From assembly GCA_051362555.1 (NCBI GenBank), contig CM120649.1, forward strand, positions 14,198,001 through 14,262,000: a stretch of DNA of 64,000 nucleotides, given 5' to 3'. This stretch comes from Lingula anatina. Taxonomy: Eukaryota; Animalia; Brachiopoda. Made by a program: the position numbers and the translations under genes. Under the pieces are notes generated by a model that saw only the letters and a program-made list of their open reading frames with translations, did not search any database and was not told the origin of the DNA. Of this stretch, positions 1-14,745 are shown piece by piece; position 1 is the stretch's first letter, and each line of letters opens with the position of its first letter.

Positions 1-182
1 ACTACTAATAATAATAAGATGAGATAAAGAAGAATAATGCGAGAAAGAAACAAATGTGATCACTGCAGAGAATGAATGTAAGCATTTCATGTATCGTATC
101 CGTATCTCATGCAAAAGAACAGTTAAGTCCAAGTTGACCTTCCCATCTAAATTGTTCACGCTACCGCCTAGTTTAAGCGTAC

Positions 183-3100
183 CTCCCTCCGTTGGCTTCT
201 TTGAGCTTTTTCAGGATTTCCTCGGCACTGGGTCTGGAAGCAGGTCCTTCCTGCCAGCAGAGATTCATCAGAGAATACATAGCTGCAGAACATGACTCCT
301 GAGGAACTTTGGGACGGTACACTGGACGGATGCCCTCCTTGACAAGTGTTACTATGCCTGAAAGAGCAAGTTTTTGCACTGAGTGATTTTAATCATTTCA
401 AGTGTTCATTCATATATGAATAAAGCAATTTTTCTTCAGTCAACGACTGAATATTGAAATAATTTACATATCCAATATTTCCATGCGTAACAGAGCATTT
501 TCATCAGGGAATGAGGCTACTTAGGTAAAAAAAAACTCTATCCAAGAGATACTTATTAAGAATTTGATTAAGGGAAAATAATGCTTTATTCTTATAACAT
601 AACACAGCTGATGAAATTCTTCTCTGACTTCCATTCATATATAATTATACATAAGTTATGTTAATCTTGGTGTTTAGGGGTAAAACCTACAGTAGTTAAT
701 ACGCATGGTAGACCAGCTTTCTTACACATATTAGATGGTGGTAGGAAACCTAGTTACTAATTGAAATGACGTACATGCACATGCATCTTCACTTTACCAG
801 GTGGGACCATCACTCTAAGTGCATTAAAACATTAAAATGTACAATCAAAATGTATCAACCAAATCAGTCCACGCTAATTTTGTAGGTTTTGCCGTGCTTA
901 TAAAGTAGACAAGATTGAGTTTAGAAAAAGTGAACCTTTTGTACCTTCCTTTCTACCTAAGTTGTACTTACCTCTTGGTTCTAAGTCGCTCTCCGTACAA
1001 TATGGCCCCCCTCGTAGGACGATCTCCTGTAGTATGATGCCAAAGGAGTACACGTCGCCTTTCTGGGTACCGCAACATTCAGGACTGGTATTGCGCAAGA
1101 GTTCCGGTGCTGTCCACAGAAGAGCTGAACAAAATTGAAATTGTTATTACAATCATGCGTTGTAACAACCGCAAATTCAACAAACCACAAAAGCATCAGT
1201 ACAACCAATATGCCTTTATTGCCTGATGATCCCCGCAAGAAAACGCAGTAGATACTCCAGCGCAGTAGACTACTGCAATCATACTGCAAACCGCAGTAGA
1301 CTACTGAAATCATACTGCAAACATGCTTCAAATCTGCTTCGATTTAGGAACTAATTAGCATATTTGAAACATGCTTCTATCATGCTGCTAATCTACTGCA
1401 TTAATGTTCCTCTCTGTACAAAGCTATGTACTTTTTGGAGTAGAATTGCAGTAGGCTATGCTGCATTTCTACTGCAAATATGCTCCACACCACTGCTGCG
1501 TTAATGCTTTTTTGCTACTTCGATACTACTGCATTTTCGTGCGTGGAGTAACAGAGCAACATATTTTTGTGTTTGTCTATTTGGTGCCTTCTTCAATGAA
1601 ATTGAGTAGACGACATTTTTTGTCTCAAAATGGTATTTTGTGAGACCTGCCCCAAGCACAATTGTAGTTGATAATGCTTACATGCATATTTTTTGTACGT
1701 GTCTGTGGTTGCCTCTTCTCCAAGTCTTAACTTCCATAGGCCATAGTCTGTGAGTTTACACACCCAGCGGCTGTCCACAACACAGTGGGAACTCTTAAGG
1801 CGACCATGGACGCGCAGCGGACTCTTGTGGAGGTAGATTAGTCCCTAGAGGTTAAAAAACGAATTTAATAAGACAAAGAGAATCATGAACGCACATGTAT
1901 CAGGGAGCGTTCAGATACCTCCATCGCACTAGCTAGATGGATCCAACTCTGCGGCGATTTCACTTAAGTGCAGTCAATGTAATCGCTTTTATTGTTTAAC
2001 ACCACTCCTCGACCAGCAAGGGGGTAATTTACAATCGCGTGATCGCTGTTCTAAGAAACTCTTTCACTCGAGTAGGCGTGTAAGCCAATAAATAAGCTGG
2101 TTACACTGTGCATTTTAGCGAGAATCCCCCGTAGGACGTAGTCTTTATATGTACGAGATAGTAGGGGTCTTAATCTCGAAATGAATCGTCTTAGATTCTA
2201 AAATGCATTTTAACGGTAGTTTCAAACCAACAGGGAACACGGACCTCACCTTACAGATATCCGTAGCAAGGGAAATTTTAAAATTGTCGTTCAGTTGTAT
2301 ATCGTCGTTTTCCAGTACGTCTTGCAGGCTACCCTTGTTGGCGTAAGCACTAACTATGAATAATTGTGGCGGTTCCAGGCATGCGCCAATAAATGAATTC
2401 AGGTTGTCGTGGTTCAATTCTCGTACCTGATGTGATGGAAAACATTATAATTTCTAAATTATTTTAATGGTGTTTCAAACCAAAAATTTACCTACATTGT
2501 AAGGCTGTGATCTTTTTTATTTTTTTCTTTTTGATACGTTTGAAATTAATTATAGAACTTTTTTATAAGAATAAACAAAATTCTCAGCAGAACTACTGGT
2601 ATATGTTATAAAATGTAAAAAATGTAACGTAGACTGTTATTGAAATCCACCCTTGCACCACCAGCTGAGCACCTACTTGCTGGAATTCTATCAGTACGTC
2701 CCTGTCAATTTTGATGTCATTTTTCCTGAGGAGTTTTAAAGCTACGTATTGGCCCTGGAAAATGAATAATATAGTTGTAGACGGTGCGAGGATGAGAACC
2801 TGAAACGTTTAGCCCCTCTACGTTGGAGACTGCACAGGAGCCGTAGGCACTGACCGCCTGTCGACTCTCAACCCCCCCCCCCCCCCCCCCACACACACAC
2901 ACAGCATAAACAATTCTATTTTTTGAGTGTCAGAATCGTGTACAGAAAATCGATACTAGTTCCTGGCCGCCAGGTCTAGAATCGCTATTCAGAAGCGATA
3001 GTATCTGGTCGCATGAAACAAACATATACAATACATGCACAAGAATGTCTTTATCAGATCACTTAAGTTAAAATTTAATTTGAATAGCGAACTATTTAAA

Positions 3101-4916
3101 CAACCAAATCAATAGTTATTGTGGACAAAAGCGGAAAAAATCTGTAAAATCACACATATTATCTGTATCTAAAAGCATCTACCTTGCCCATCAGTCTCTC
3201 TTTCACACGCACACGCATGCACGCACATAAACACACACACGCGCAAACACAAGCACGTCTATTCGTAAGAACACAAGCACTCACATAATATAACACCAAT
3301 TTACTATTACCTTATAACGGCCGACCCGGAATGTGTTTAGAGAGCTCAGCTCGGACGCTCTAATGTTAATGTCGTCACTATGAACGCTAGAGTGGTCATC
3401 TCTGTTACCTGATCTGGCATTGGATTTTGTTCTACCGGGTGTCCCATGCGTTCCAACTGTTAAGTTACTCAGGTTGCTTTTCGTCTCCCCCTGTTAAGGC
3501 AAATTGATTCTTAATTCATTTAAAGTGCCATATGTTAACTGTGATCCACTGTAGTATCAGACGGATACATATAGTTTCTTCCATCCAGATTCATAGTAGA
3601 ATTTTAAAATCTAATTGTGTTCCAGTGGCCCATTAGTATTTCCCAGTGACATTTTGAAGGCTAAACGGTGCCAAAATCAAGCTGTTGGTGTAAACTGCTT
3701 CGTAATTAACGATTTATCAAGATTTATCAAGTGAACAATTAACAGCTATCATTTTTATTACTTTTCCTAGAAATGGAATATGTTTTCTTTTGAATAAAAT
3801 GCATAAGCTATATGGACAAACAAAGCATCCGTTGTGATATATGAACCATCATATTCAGTCCATTTAGTAATAAATACTAAAAAAAAAATATCAAAGGTTA
3901 TCATCATTATGCTCGCTCCGAATTTGAGAATCGCGAATTATGATGGCATTTCTAGTGATAAAGCACCTCAGGGTATTGTGTTAACCATGCATTATATAAT
4001 TAAGGTTGCTTAGTGTGTTAACGCGAAAAAACATGTAATCTAGTGGATACTGGGCCTGCTTGTAAAGTAACCCAGGCTGGAGAGTGTAATTTATTGTGAT
4101 GACTGCTTGCTGTTAGTACCTAGAGACCATGAAAGCCGTCTTACTTATATATACGTAAGCTTACTTAAATCAATGTCTGATTGACAACAAAAGAGGTCTA
4201 CCAGAAAAGACTGACTATGCAATTGACTAAATAACACGTTTCATTGAAAAATAATAAATTAATCAACAGAATAACAGACTATGTAAAGGAAGAAAGAAAA
4301 GGGGAAGACATGAAAAAAGGCGTTTCTTACTATGACCTACCCGACTGCCGAAAGCCTGCCGCTTTGATATGATGGTCAGATCCTTAGAGTGTATCCTCCA
4401 GGTCTCCAAACTCAGCTCTCTCTCGAATTTCAATTTTCTGAGATCAAAATATTAATCCATGGGATATTATTTTACGTTAACTGTTATACCAGTGATACCA
4501 GTACATCAGAAAAATACATTTATTTTGATTGGTCAAAGAAATTTGTCTTTGTCATTTAATATAAAATCACTACAATGTCTGAAAACCATTTTACAATAAT
4601 TCAACTTAATACAAAAAAAAAAAAAAAAACAAAAAAAAAAAAAAAAAAAAAAACAGCATCAACACAAAAAATCATATATGCATCCATAAATGCTAACATT
4701 TATACTTTGAATAATTAATGCAATTGCATCTTCAGCGTCTATTTAGATGCGGGTACAAATTGTCCCTTATTTTTCGTCATGACGTATTTATATATTGACG
4801 TTAAGATCAATATTCACTTTACCTGTGGTAAAACAGGGCCAAGCAGATCACTGCGGTGAGTATCGCGGCCAATACACACGGCACCACGATATAAACTGTG
4901 ACTGAAAATGCGAGTC

Positions 4917-4965
<49 letters not shown>

Positions 4966-5456
4966 CAAATATTAATATTAATTAATATTTCAACCTTCAT
5001 TATATTGTTGTATGTACAGCAGATTTGAAGAAAACTTAAAGAAAATATTGATTTTTTTTTTAAACAACGTTTATTCAAAAGAATGAAGTATTGATACCCC
5101 AGCATATTCAAGTTAAGATGATTTACTGAAAATAAATAAATAAATAAATAAATAAATTCATTAATCCATTATAGAATGATGAAAAAGAATAAAATTCAGA
5201 TTTGCGTCTTACAGTTTGTCTTTTCTTCCACACACAATTCGTTCGTCCAGCCACAGGGCGGGTGGTCTAAGGGTGGGGTTGTCTTTCCCCCCGGAAACAC
5301 CACCTCAACGTCTCTGTATGTGGTGAAGTTGTCCTTGTGGTAGAAGTAGTCCGCAAAGACTATAAGTTTACCGTCTTTTATAAACTGTAAACTGTAGTCC
5401 GGATTACGGTTGCCAATCTCATCGATGGACACAACCCCGGTTATGCCTGTAAAGGC

Positions 5457-5501
<45 letters not shown>

Positions 5502-8500
5502 TTATTTATCATTCTATTTAAGAATAACCGCCAAGGATGCCAATAGACGTTTATACCATTCAAAATAGTGAATAAATATGGCACATCCGGCCCAGTCATT
5601 CACAAACTATTTTTGGATAGGTTTTGATACAAACCTTTGATAGTTTTATTGTACATTTGCCTGGCAATACGCTGACCATCAAATTCGTTCCCGCCTTCTT
5701 CAATGACGTCATTAAGCGCATGCGCATACAACATTATGGCATCATATATCATGCCAGCATGAACGTCCACCTAAAATATAACATCGTTTCGAGTCAAACT
5801 GTACCCAACTACCTTGCGTCTTTGCGACCGCGTCTTTGCGACCGCGTATTTATTCTTAAAGAAATTATATATATGAGGAAAAATTATAAACATTTTTCTC
5901 CCTGTCTGTTATTAATTTATCTATTCATTCATCTATTTTTGCTTTTTTCTGTCCATCTCCTTCCAAACCTTGGACTGGTCTGAGCCAATGACCTAGATAA
6001 GCCAGACTCAATCATTCCTTATTCATACCGATAGATGTCACCTTGATCACCCCCAGTCTTACCGCACCTGTTCGCCTTCCGTCCAGTTGTGGTAAAAGGG
6101 CGGATCCGACATTCGCTGTCTGACATTTGACTTGAAGACCTCCCATTCCTCATTATGGGGCTCGTGAAGATTGACGTTCAGAACGCCGTTAAAGGCCTTG
6201 GCGGCATCCTCATCTCGCCCGTCCTCTCCCATCCATGTATTTGCGCCAATGTGCGCGTCTATAGTTCAGGTAGACGAAGGAAATGATAAAATTAGAGTTA
6301 AAAAAATCAAGCAAAATCTAAAAATAATTAATAGGAAGGGGAAAAATACAGGCTGTGTTAAAAAGTTTGGACGATGATCATTTTTATATATCCGACCAAG
6401 AATTTACTGAATTTTTAGAAAAACACTCACTGACCTGTTAAAAGAGTTCAAACAGCAAACGTTATTTTAAACAAAGTTAATCACAATTACATGCATACAC
6501 TAACTGGATCCTTGACATATCATAGGGCGTAACCATATAACCGTTATATATGTTATTGTTGAACCACTGCGCAATCAAAACCTTAACCGGTCTAATCGAA
6601 CTGGTCTTTACCGTATACAAGTTTTGGTGCACCGTTAATGAATGGAAGTATACATTACCCTCAACATTGCCTCATACATGTACCACAGGCGTTGGAGCTT
6701 TGAACGAGCCCCAGTGCCGCTCATAACTCTTTCTATTATTTTGTAATTTAGCTAATGGATGAGAAGCCAAAGTAACTTAGAATTACATCAATATCGCCGT
6801 TCTCAAAGGCAAAGTGACGCAGGTGTTGTCCCCACGAGTTTTCCGATGATTGACAGAATATGTACGACGACGATTAAGCATTTACCATAGGGAAGCCAGT
6901 AATCCATGGCAAATCTCTCAATTACGATAATCCGGTAATATATTTCTAAATGTATCGGGTAGCTATAAAAACGTTAATAAATTCAATAAAAAGTTCAATA
7001 CCTTAAACAGTTTTGAAGAAATTGCAATGGCATTTGGGATATCAAAGAATAAAAAATCGTTTGTAAAGTAAATGCTGAAAATGTCATGACTCTACCTGTT
7101 GTAGTTTTGGCACAATCTTTAGTAAAAATACCATGCCTGGCCATGTAACTTCTGGTGTCTGTGTCTGGCAGTTTTTGACACTTACTTGTCAATGTGCATG
7201 ATAATATCAAAACTGTTTAACTTTAAAGCTTGAAGTTTTCAAGGTTGACCATTAATCGTGTCTCAAAAGTCTGTACTGAATTCCAATTCAAAAGCTTGTG
7301 AACTAATGAAGTGATTAGACTTTGAAATTAGTAATGATATTTTCGAGTCACACGATACACAGATACACTATACAGCTACCGGTATAACAGATATGCTTAT
7401 GACTAATGATGTCAAAGGGGCTCATTTATTTTTTCTCTGAAATAGTGGTCCTTTTACGATAATGGTATGCAACATCCTACTAATCAAATTTTGACTCTTA
7501 TCAGGCCTTTCCGGGCCAAAATGGGTTTTGTTTGAACTCCCTACCGCCATACATACATACACACACACGGGGGGAGAGAGAGAGAGAAATAGAGAGGGAG
7601 AAGGGGGCTGTGCATTGTATGCGTAAATGAAGCTACATGTATTACCTGGAAGCAGATCTATGGTGATAAAGGCGTAATCTCCGTTCAACATGCCGAGATC
7701 ATACGCGTGGAGAAGGAGTTCCCGGATGTCCCCGCCACCGGCACATAGAATGATAACTAGAAATAAAAAAACATGCATTTGTCGGTTTGAACTTGGCGAA
7801 CAGCTTGTGAAAAAAAATTAAAAATGAAAAAACCCAGCAAAGTTATTGCTAAGGAATGACATTTCTATGCTCTACTCTAAACATATGGGTGAAACGCAAT
7901 GTATTTCGTCTGCTTTAGGTCGTAATTCTCTCTGTATCAATCAATGGTTACGTTTTCAGAGGAGTTTCCGTTCGAGGCAGACGCGAGGACTTATTAAGAT
8001 CCCCATAAAACACTACGATGGGCATGTTCATTTTAACATGTTTTAGTCTGGCATTATTTTGCAATCAAAATTGACTCAGTCCGACCAACAATTTTCAAAT
8101 AACATTTTTTGCAAATCCCTATGTGATATAATTCGCCTTATTGTGGTAACCTTTCTAATATGATAAAAAAAGACACTGATCTGGGTCTAATGTTTAGTTG
8201 TAAACTCATGATTCTGTGAACAAAAATGTTTTTCTGAACCATTATCTATTTGATGACGCCTGAGAAATCAGTGTAGGCGACGTGCAGGGCTTTGTTGTGA
8301 AGAAGGAAAGAAGAGCAAGGGCAGCGCATACTACACGTTGAGTAGCTTCAAGTTCAAAACAAAACATATCATTTTCAATAAATACATGAAAAGTCACTCA
8401 AGGTTTTGAGAAAAGAGAAGAAATCCTCACCTAAATAATGCTGCCCAATAAAGGATATTCCTTGACACACAATAGTTTAATAACTCATGTTCAATTGCAC

Positions 8501-11500
8501 TGGCAGTTAAGTGAAATAGAATACCGCGAGTCAACAACTGATGTCAAAACGAAGTAGGGAATGAACCCATTCATCATATTAATGGGCAATGGTTTAAGTA
8601 TTAAGATTAAGCTTTTTGTATTCTTACTTATTAAAAGGCCATAAGGAAACCAAAAGCGGCTTATTAACCCTCGTCCAAAACAGATGATTGACCTTGCAGA
8701 ATTGGTCAAGGTGAATATTTATTTCTAGACTACTTCAATGACGGGTTCTATACGAGACCTATGCATGCCGAATTCAAATTAAAAGCGTGTGTAAACCGTT
8801 AGTGTTTAAGAGTGCGTATTGAATTCTCTATCCTCTACCAGAATCTCAGATAAATATGTATACTTTTTTTCTGACAATACAGAAAAGTACCATCATTTAT
8901 CTAGAGACATTTTCGTGAATATATCTAGTAAAAAAAAAAAATCAATCTGTGGTCTCGGTAGAGGGTGCACATTCTCCCTTGTAAACGGCAATCTGCAAAT
9001 AAGGCTTATTGTAAACACGTCAAGTATATTGACAAAGAACCAGTCTCATATGTCAGGGTTATAAATGTTCTGTTAGTGCCACGAGTGAAGGAATACCCTT
9101 TAATGTCGCAACATTGGGCACCAAATGAGCTTTCGCGAGTAAACACACGGGTATATTTCTTTATCAACACATCCATCCTGTCTACGATCTGTGTCATTTT
9201 TCACTGCCAAGTAATGATCAAAACGTGATAGAACTGATGATGAATCTTATGGTCCATATCCAAGAGAAGATTAATTTAAACTAGTGGTTTTACGATAAAC
9301 AAGTCTTTCTGGGAATAATGATACGTCTATGAAGGCAACAAAACTACGGAAATACTATTTTATTGGTGATTGTTAAAATACTGAAAGCTGTTTTTTTATT
9401 TAGTGCAAAATTACTTTGAAACAAGAACCAGCGCAGGCCAAAAACCAGATAGCCGAAGTAAATATCCATACGTAGTAAGACAACCACATAGTATATGTAT
9501 GTATATATACGTACAGGTACATGTATAGGATATTTATATTATTATTGTCGGTCATCTGTAGTTAGACCATTTTGCGTGTGTTTCATTTTTTGTTATTTAC
9601 AATCAAAGATATGATTGGCCTGTCAGATCGGCCACACAGGGTGATGGTGGTAGCTTTCCATGTGGTACCAATACTAGAAGCTAAATAATTGTTGCGATAC
9701 AAAAGCCAGTGGAAAGTTGGTTTGTGAATAGGATTGTTGTATATTTGTGTCTTTCTTAAAAGCTGTGCTTGTGGAAAAAAGAAGGACGGATTTCTGCTAA
9801 AACAGACTGATTCTGCAAAGCAACCTTTATATAAAATTACCTAATTGGTGAAGAGACAAAAACCTAGCATATGCCCTTTAAGAAGTGAATTCGTGGCGTT
9901 CTAAAATCAATACAGTTAAACCACATCAGTCCATTTTCACAGTCGAACCATTACAGTACAAAGCTTACATGCATATAGCTATTTTCGTTTGAAGGCAACA
10001 TTTTATGGCACTGAAAACCGTGTATTTCTGGATAAATGTTGCAATAGAAAAGAACAGGCACACTGTAGTCTACAAGTAGTATAGAGTAGTAGTATATAGA
10101 CGGACCTTGGTGTGTGATCTGCCCTTAGTACATGGTCGGAAGCCAAGCTTCCAAGTGCTTTGTTGCGCAATAAATAAATAAATAAATAAATAAATTAATT
10201 AATTAATAAGATAAAATAAAACCATCATTACAAAGCAACGGTGACAGTTAAAGTTATGCTTTATACTATTATCAATTTAACACAAATAGTACATGTGATT
10301 GAATTTTACTTTCGGTAATGTCATACAACCTATAACGTGTATTTCTTATTGATTTTTTTGCTCCAAATCAAACTAACCTCCTAAAAAAGCAATTGTGACC
10401 TTCTCACGAATCACTGCTCGAAACGTCCCTGCACATAGATTCGATGTTTGGTACGACTTCTAATTAAATTACTTAGTTCTAAAGGAATCATGATTCATTT
10501 AGACCCCGATGAATCTTCTTGACATTTCCGGAGGAAAAGCGGCATCGGGTATTTTTATTTGAGGGGCTTTATTTCGTCTCTAAGTGTTGGTTTAAAAAAC
10601 CTTTGTAATATTTAGACACAACAATATGAGCTTTTCAATCAGTTACAATAAAATGTAGGTATATCTTTCTCTAACATTGCAATTACCAACATTACAGCCA
10701 AAAAATCGTCGGCACAATTAATTAATGACAGAGGCAAAGACACACAATGATGTGGACGATTGAACAATGCTATCTTTTCGTGGGGCACAGGATATGCCCA
10801 ACGGCCGGGGACGAGCGCGTTTTTATAATTCGAACAGATTATACCTGGTGGATGAAAAAGAAACGTACTGAAATTTAAAATTAATATCTAAAAATTAAAC
10901 ATGATTAAACTACATTCATCATATATATATAGAGAGAGGAGGTGATTTTCAAGTGTATCTCATCCCCCCCCCCCCCCCATCCAACTGCCCATACACATAC
11001 AGGACAACACTCAACACGCATGTTATCTTACTTCTTGAGTCTCTACCCATAGTTTGCATTATTCCTCTGTTTGTCGAGTCCTTGCTCGTCGTCGACGATC
11101 CAGGTGCTACGCTATGAAAGTCACCAATTGTAGCACTCTTGCTTTCTAGAGTCGACTTCACCGCATTGCCAATCACCTGCCAGACGCTTTCCGTGGACGC
11201 CAATATGCCAACGTGGTTCCACTTGAAATAAGCACAGATGTGCCAAAACATGCGGGCAATTTTGGCGTACGGCCCGACCGTTCTGACAAAAGTGGGAAAC
11301 TGGACCTTGTTAGAGAGTTTACTGGCAGAACATCCATAAGAAACCATCGGAATGTTCATGACCCCCGCCCATAGGCCAACGGGCTCGCAGACTTCGTCGC
11401 ATGCACCCCCAATGTACGCATGCAGCTTTTGGGAATGGTCTCCGTCATCTTCGTAATGCGTGTGTGGGGATATCTCAGTAAAATGGTCGAATAGGCTTAC

Positions 11501-11779
11501 GGCAGCCTCCAAACCTTTATGCGCGTTGCAGTTGGTGTCCATCCATGAGAAGCGAACTGTTCGACCGGGTAAGATGATCAAATCTGCGTTGAGGTCCTCC
11601 ACGGCGATGATGACCGCCGAAGCTGAACGGCGTCCCGCTGGCCACGAGCCAGTCCACGGTATAAGCACTCCGAGATTTACTGTAACGTTGGGATCGGGCA
11701 CTTGCGTTGCATTCTGTGTGTCACCCCAGGCAAGCACGTGCAGCATGGTGCAGGCAATGAGAGGCGTCAACTTGGTCAT
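183..11779 (-). CDS. Receptor (membrane) guanylyl cyclase, natriuretic peptide receptor-like; 3'-partial (cyclase domain expected beyond window start)
   Basis: 13 phase-consistent GT-AG exons: 11779-11032, 7756-7646, 6258-6068, 5770-5635, 5446-5213, 4901-4823, 4437-4341, 3490-3311, 2754-2677, 2426-2250, 1844-1682, 1124-972, 357-183. Signal peptide [19 protein letters not shown]; ANF-receptor ectodomain (DTNC...[12 protein letters not shown]...SYGC...FPTFVRT; [11 protein letters not shown]; [14 protein letters not shown]; juxtamembrane [10 protein letters not shown]); [25 protein letters not shown]; pseudokinase motifs [58 protein letters not shown]. The cyclase call is inferred from this architecture. 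Confidence 0.92.
1232..1545. mobile_element. MITE with imperfect TIRs and subterminal GCAGTAG/CTACTGC repeats (CACTA/EnSpm-like)
   Basis: Left end CCCGCAAGAAAACGCAGTAG matches the reverse complement of the right end (CACGCACGAAAATGCAGTAG). Many internal gcagtag/ctactgc copies. No clear TSD. Confidence 0.55.
4917..4963. repeat. (TAA)n microsatellite
   Basis: Perfect AAT run next to the TM-exon acceptor; similar runs at 5458-5500 and ~26252-26288. Confidence 0.95.
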
Positions 11780-14745
11780 TGCTGGATCGACTTACGCATT
11801 GCGACCGACAGACGTTTGCATATTTCTGTTCACACACCGAGAGTACTTCATCTCTTTTAAAATAAGACAGAGGCCAGGCACCATGGATGACCAAAAGCCA
11901 TCTCCATAGCCGACTCAGAATAGCTACTCTAGGCGAATGCTCTGGTCAAGACGTTTTGGCAAGTTTTAATCATGGAAATCCATACACAATGCACGTATGC
12001 CTCCAAAGTTGAATCTGCCCAACAAAACCGCCTTCATCATGCAGAATAAGCAGTGAACACGAATCAAAACACAATGTGCAATGATGAAACAATACTCCAT
12101 GAAGGTTTTAAGTCACGTCATGGATCAACCTACATGGTCAAATTATTCAGTGTATAAGTATGATACATCATCTCCTGTCGAAACAAATTGAAATATATCA
12201 TCTACGAAATGACAACTGCATCTTCAAAATCACCACTACATCTTAAGATGCTTTAACGCAGACAACGTCAAATTAAAAGAAAGCTGAAAAGTCATTTCAC
12301 TTTTATATGCCAACGAATTACCACTAAACTAAACATGGCGGTAACAAATATGAACCTTAATAGGATTTGTCTGATGGAACTTATCATTCACTTTTCAAAT
12401 GATACATTAACCGCGATACTAAGACAAGTCAACTGAGGCCGTGAATCAGAGAAGAAATCACAGGTCGTGTCTCCTAGAAAGATGTCTTCAATGAACGGCG
12501 ACAAAAGAATAGGTCAATCAAGTCCGTGGCGGATACAAGTGAATTTACCGTATTGAGAGGCAGGTGTCTAATGGCTTGGTCAATTGTGAACTTTATCTAT
12601 CAAGCAAACTACATCCCTAGTTCCCGTTTCTACCTTCCTATGTATGTTTATTTCTGACTGTCATCAAATAGGAAAAAACACATACGTTTTCACACAGCTT
12701 CGCACGTAGTTATTATAATTACAGGCGTCATTCGAGTGGGTTAATTTAAGGCTTTCACGGATGATGAAACAGCGGGTGCTCGTCTGCAATTCGATTCTGG
12801 TCGCTGTCTCCGGTCGTCACGTTCTGTTGCATTCCCCTCTTAACTTAAAAGCGAATTAACTGTTACTTGGACCTCACATCATTAGGATTCTATTTAAGTG
12901 CGCAGTCACTTTAGTCGATAAGTCGAAAGTCACGCAATTTGGATAACAAATACCTGTCCTTTTCGTCCCTTGCATCACATCTTTTCTTTTAATTTGGTTG
13001 TTTCATTACTTGGCAGATTTCTTCAGCGTTTGTTAGATAGGTTCCCAAGTCATTTTAGAATATATAAATGACACGGTGCTGCCGACGTAAATCCTCCTCT
13101 TCTTCTGGAAGAGAAAATTACAGACTAGTCCCCTAAAGCCCCTTGACCTATTGTCTCTGGAAATTGCCCAATTTTGCCAAGACAAGAAAAAAAAGAACAG
13201 ACACTAAAATTCAATGCAATGAATAGGTAATAGGCATCAGATAATTACAGCCTAGCTGCCGAAAGATAATTGCCAAAATGATGATTTTGCATGGTGAGCG
13301 CAAAATAACTTGCAAATAAGCCATACGATCAATCATATTGTTATTATCATTGTTATAGGAAACGTTTATGTAAGGGGAATCAACGTTTCTAACACGCAGT
13401 ATGATGGTAATGGAAAAGACATGTCATTCCGGGTTGACTTTATTGGTGCTGGTTTTAACATCAGGTCTTTAGACGGAGTCTGTACTTTAAGAACAAATTG
13501 TTGTTCTGTGTCAGCCCAATGTGTTTAAGGAGCATAACAAGAATGCATCGGTTTTATGTAAACAGTAAAATAATGTTAGTTATTATAATCAGTAATATAG
13601 TATTATTTTCTCTGGGCGATGAAAAGATCATTGCATTGCAATCGGTTATGCCTGGCGCCTACCTTAGTAAAAACTGGTACTCGTTTTAAAATGTTTGAAA
13701 AAATTAGTTGAAATCTCTGGTATATACAGGAGGAAAGAAAAAAAATGAACAATTCTGACCCATGTTGTGCACAAACTGGCTACATGATCAGTTAATTCTT
13801 TTTTACTGATTTCGACAGATATTATGAAGGATTCAGTCTACCTTTTATGAATAATAAAATTGATTTCATGCATATGTTCATGGATTTTAAAATGGATTTG
13901 ACTAATTGTTAATTGTAGATCCAGGAAGAAATATCCCTTTGGTTGAAATTTATCCATTTCCCCTTACATGAAAAGAAAAATAAAAAGGGAAATATATAAA
14001 TATAACGATAACGGAATTTTATAAATAAGAAAAAAGAAAATAAAAAAGTTAGCACACACACTTGACGGCAACTATATGTGGGGTCTGGCTCGCTTTGGAC
14101 GGACATTTCTTTTTCACAAATAATTTTTCATCCTAATGCCCCCCCCCCCCCTGCAATATCCGACATACATTAACATGTAATCATGGATCATGTAAATTGT
14201 CTGGACTAATTAAGCTGTCTAATTATGTGTTTTCCCTACATTGTCAGCCACATGTCTACGATCAATCCTCAATGATAGGAGTTGTCTCTCTCATGTCGGC
14301 TATTTGTTGCAGACAAATATTGCAACTGCGAAGAAAACATTGGGAAATGAATTAATTGCACAATCACCTAATACAACCTAGCATACTGTAAGTATCAACG
14401 ATAATACGGTTTCATAAATACTCGTTTAGCAACGCGACCTGATTATAGACTCAGTAATTGAGATTGCAATCCAGTTGGGTTGGTATGAATGAAGCACAGT
14501 GCTGAAACAAACGAACAGAGATTCTTTGCATGTCTGGAATAGGAAGAATAGTGTGTGATCCAAATGGAACCTGATATTTGTATTTCCACGTTATTTCTCA
14601 GTCTGTCTTCTGGGGGGTCCGCTGGGGCGTGCAGGCAGGGATAATTGTATATACTTATTAACCTTTTGGAAGTAAAACAAAAATGCATTCGAACCTACGA
14701 ACAGAGCTACGGTATACATGTACATATAACATACATAAAGCTTAC

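Noticed and set aside
1682-1844. Active protein kinase
   Set aside because: HGRLKSS lacks the HRD catalytic Asp; this is the normal pseudokinase domain of receptor guanylyl cyclases.
11460-11909. Antisense ORFs opposite real exons (also 15069-15386, 19837-20154, 48457-48819, 60033-60573)
   Set aside because: Shadow frames of coding exons with no independent motifs.
14591-14745. Hydrophobic read-through tail of ORF 14591-15562 as a TM anchor
   Set aside because: It lies past a consensus donor, and the equivalent region in cassette 3 is a (TA)n run. The ORF's upstream ATG at 15562 overlaps the TATA box.
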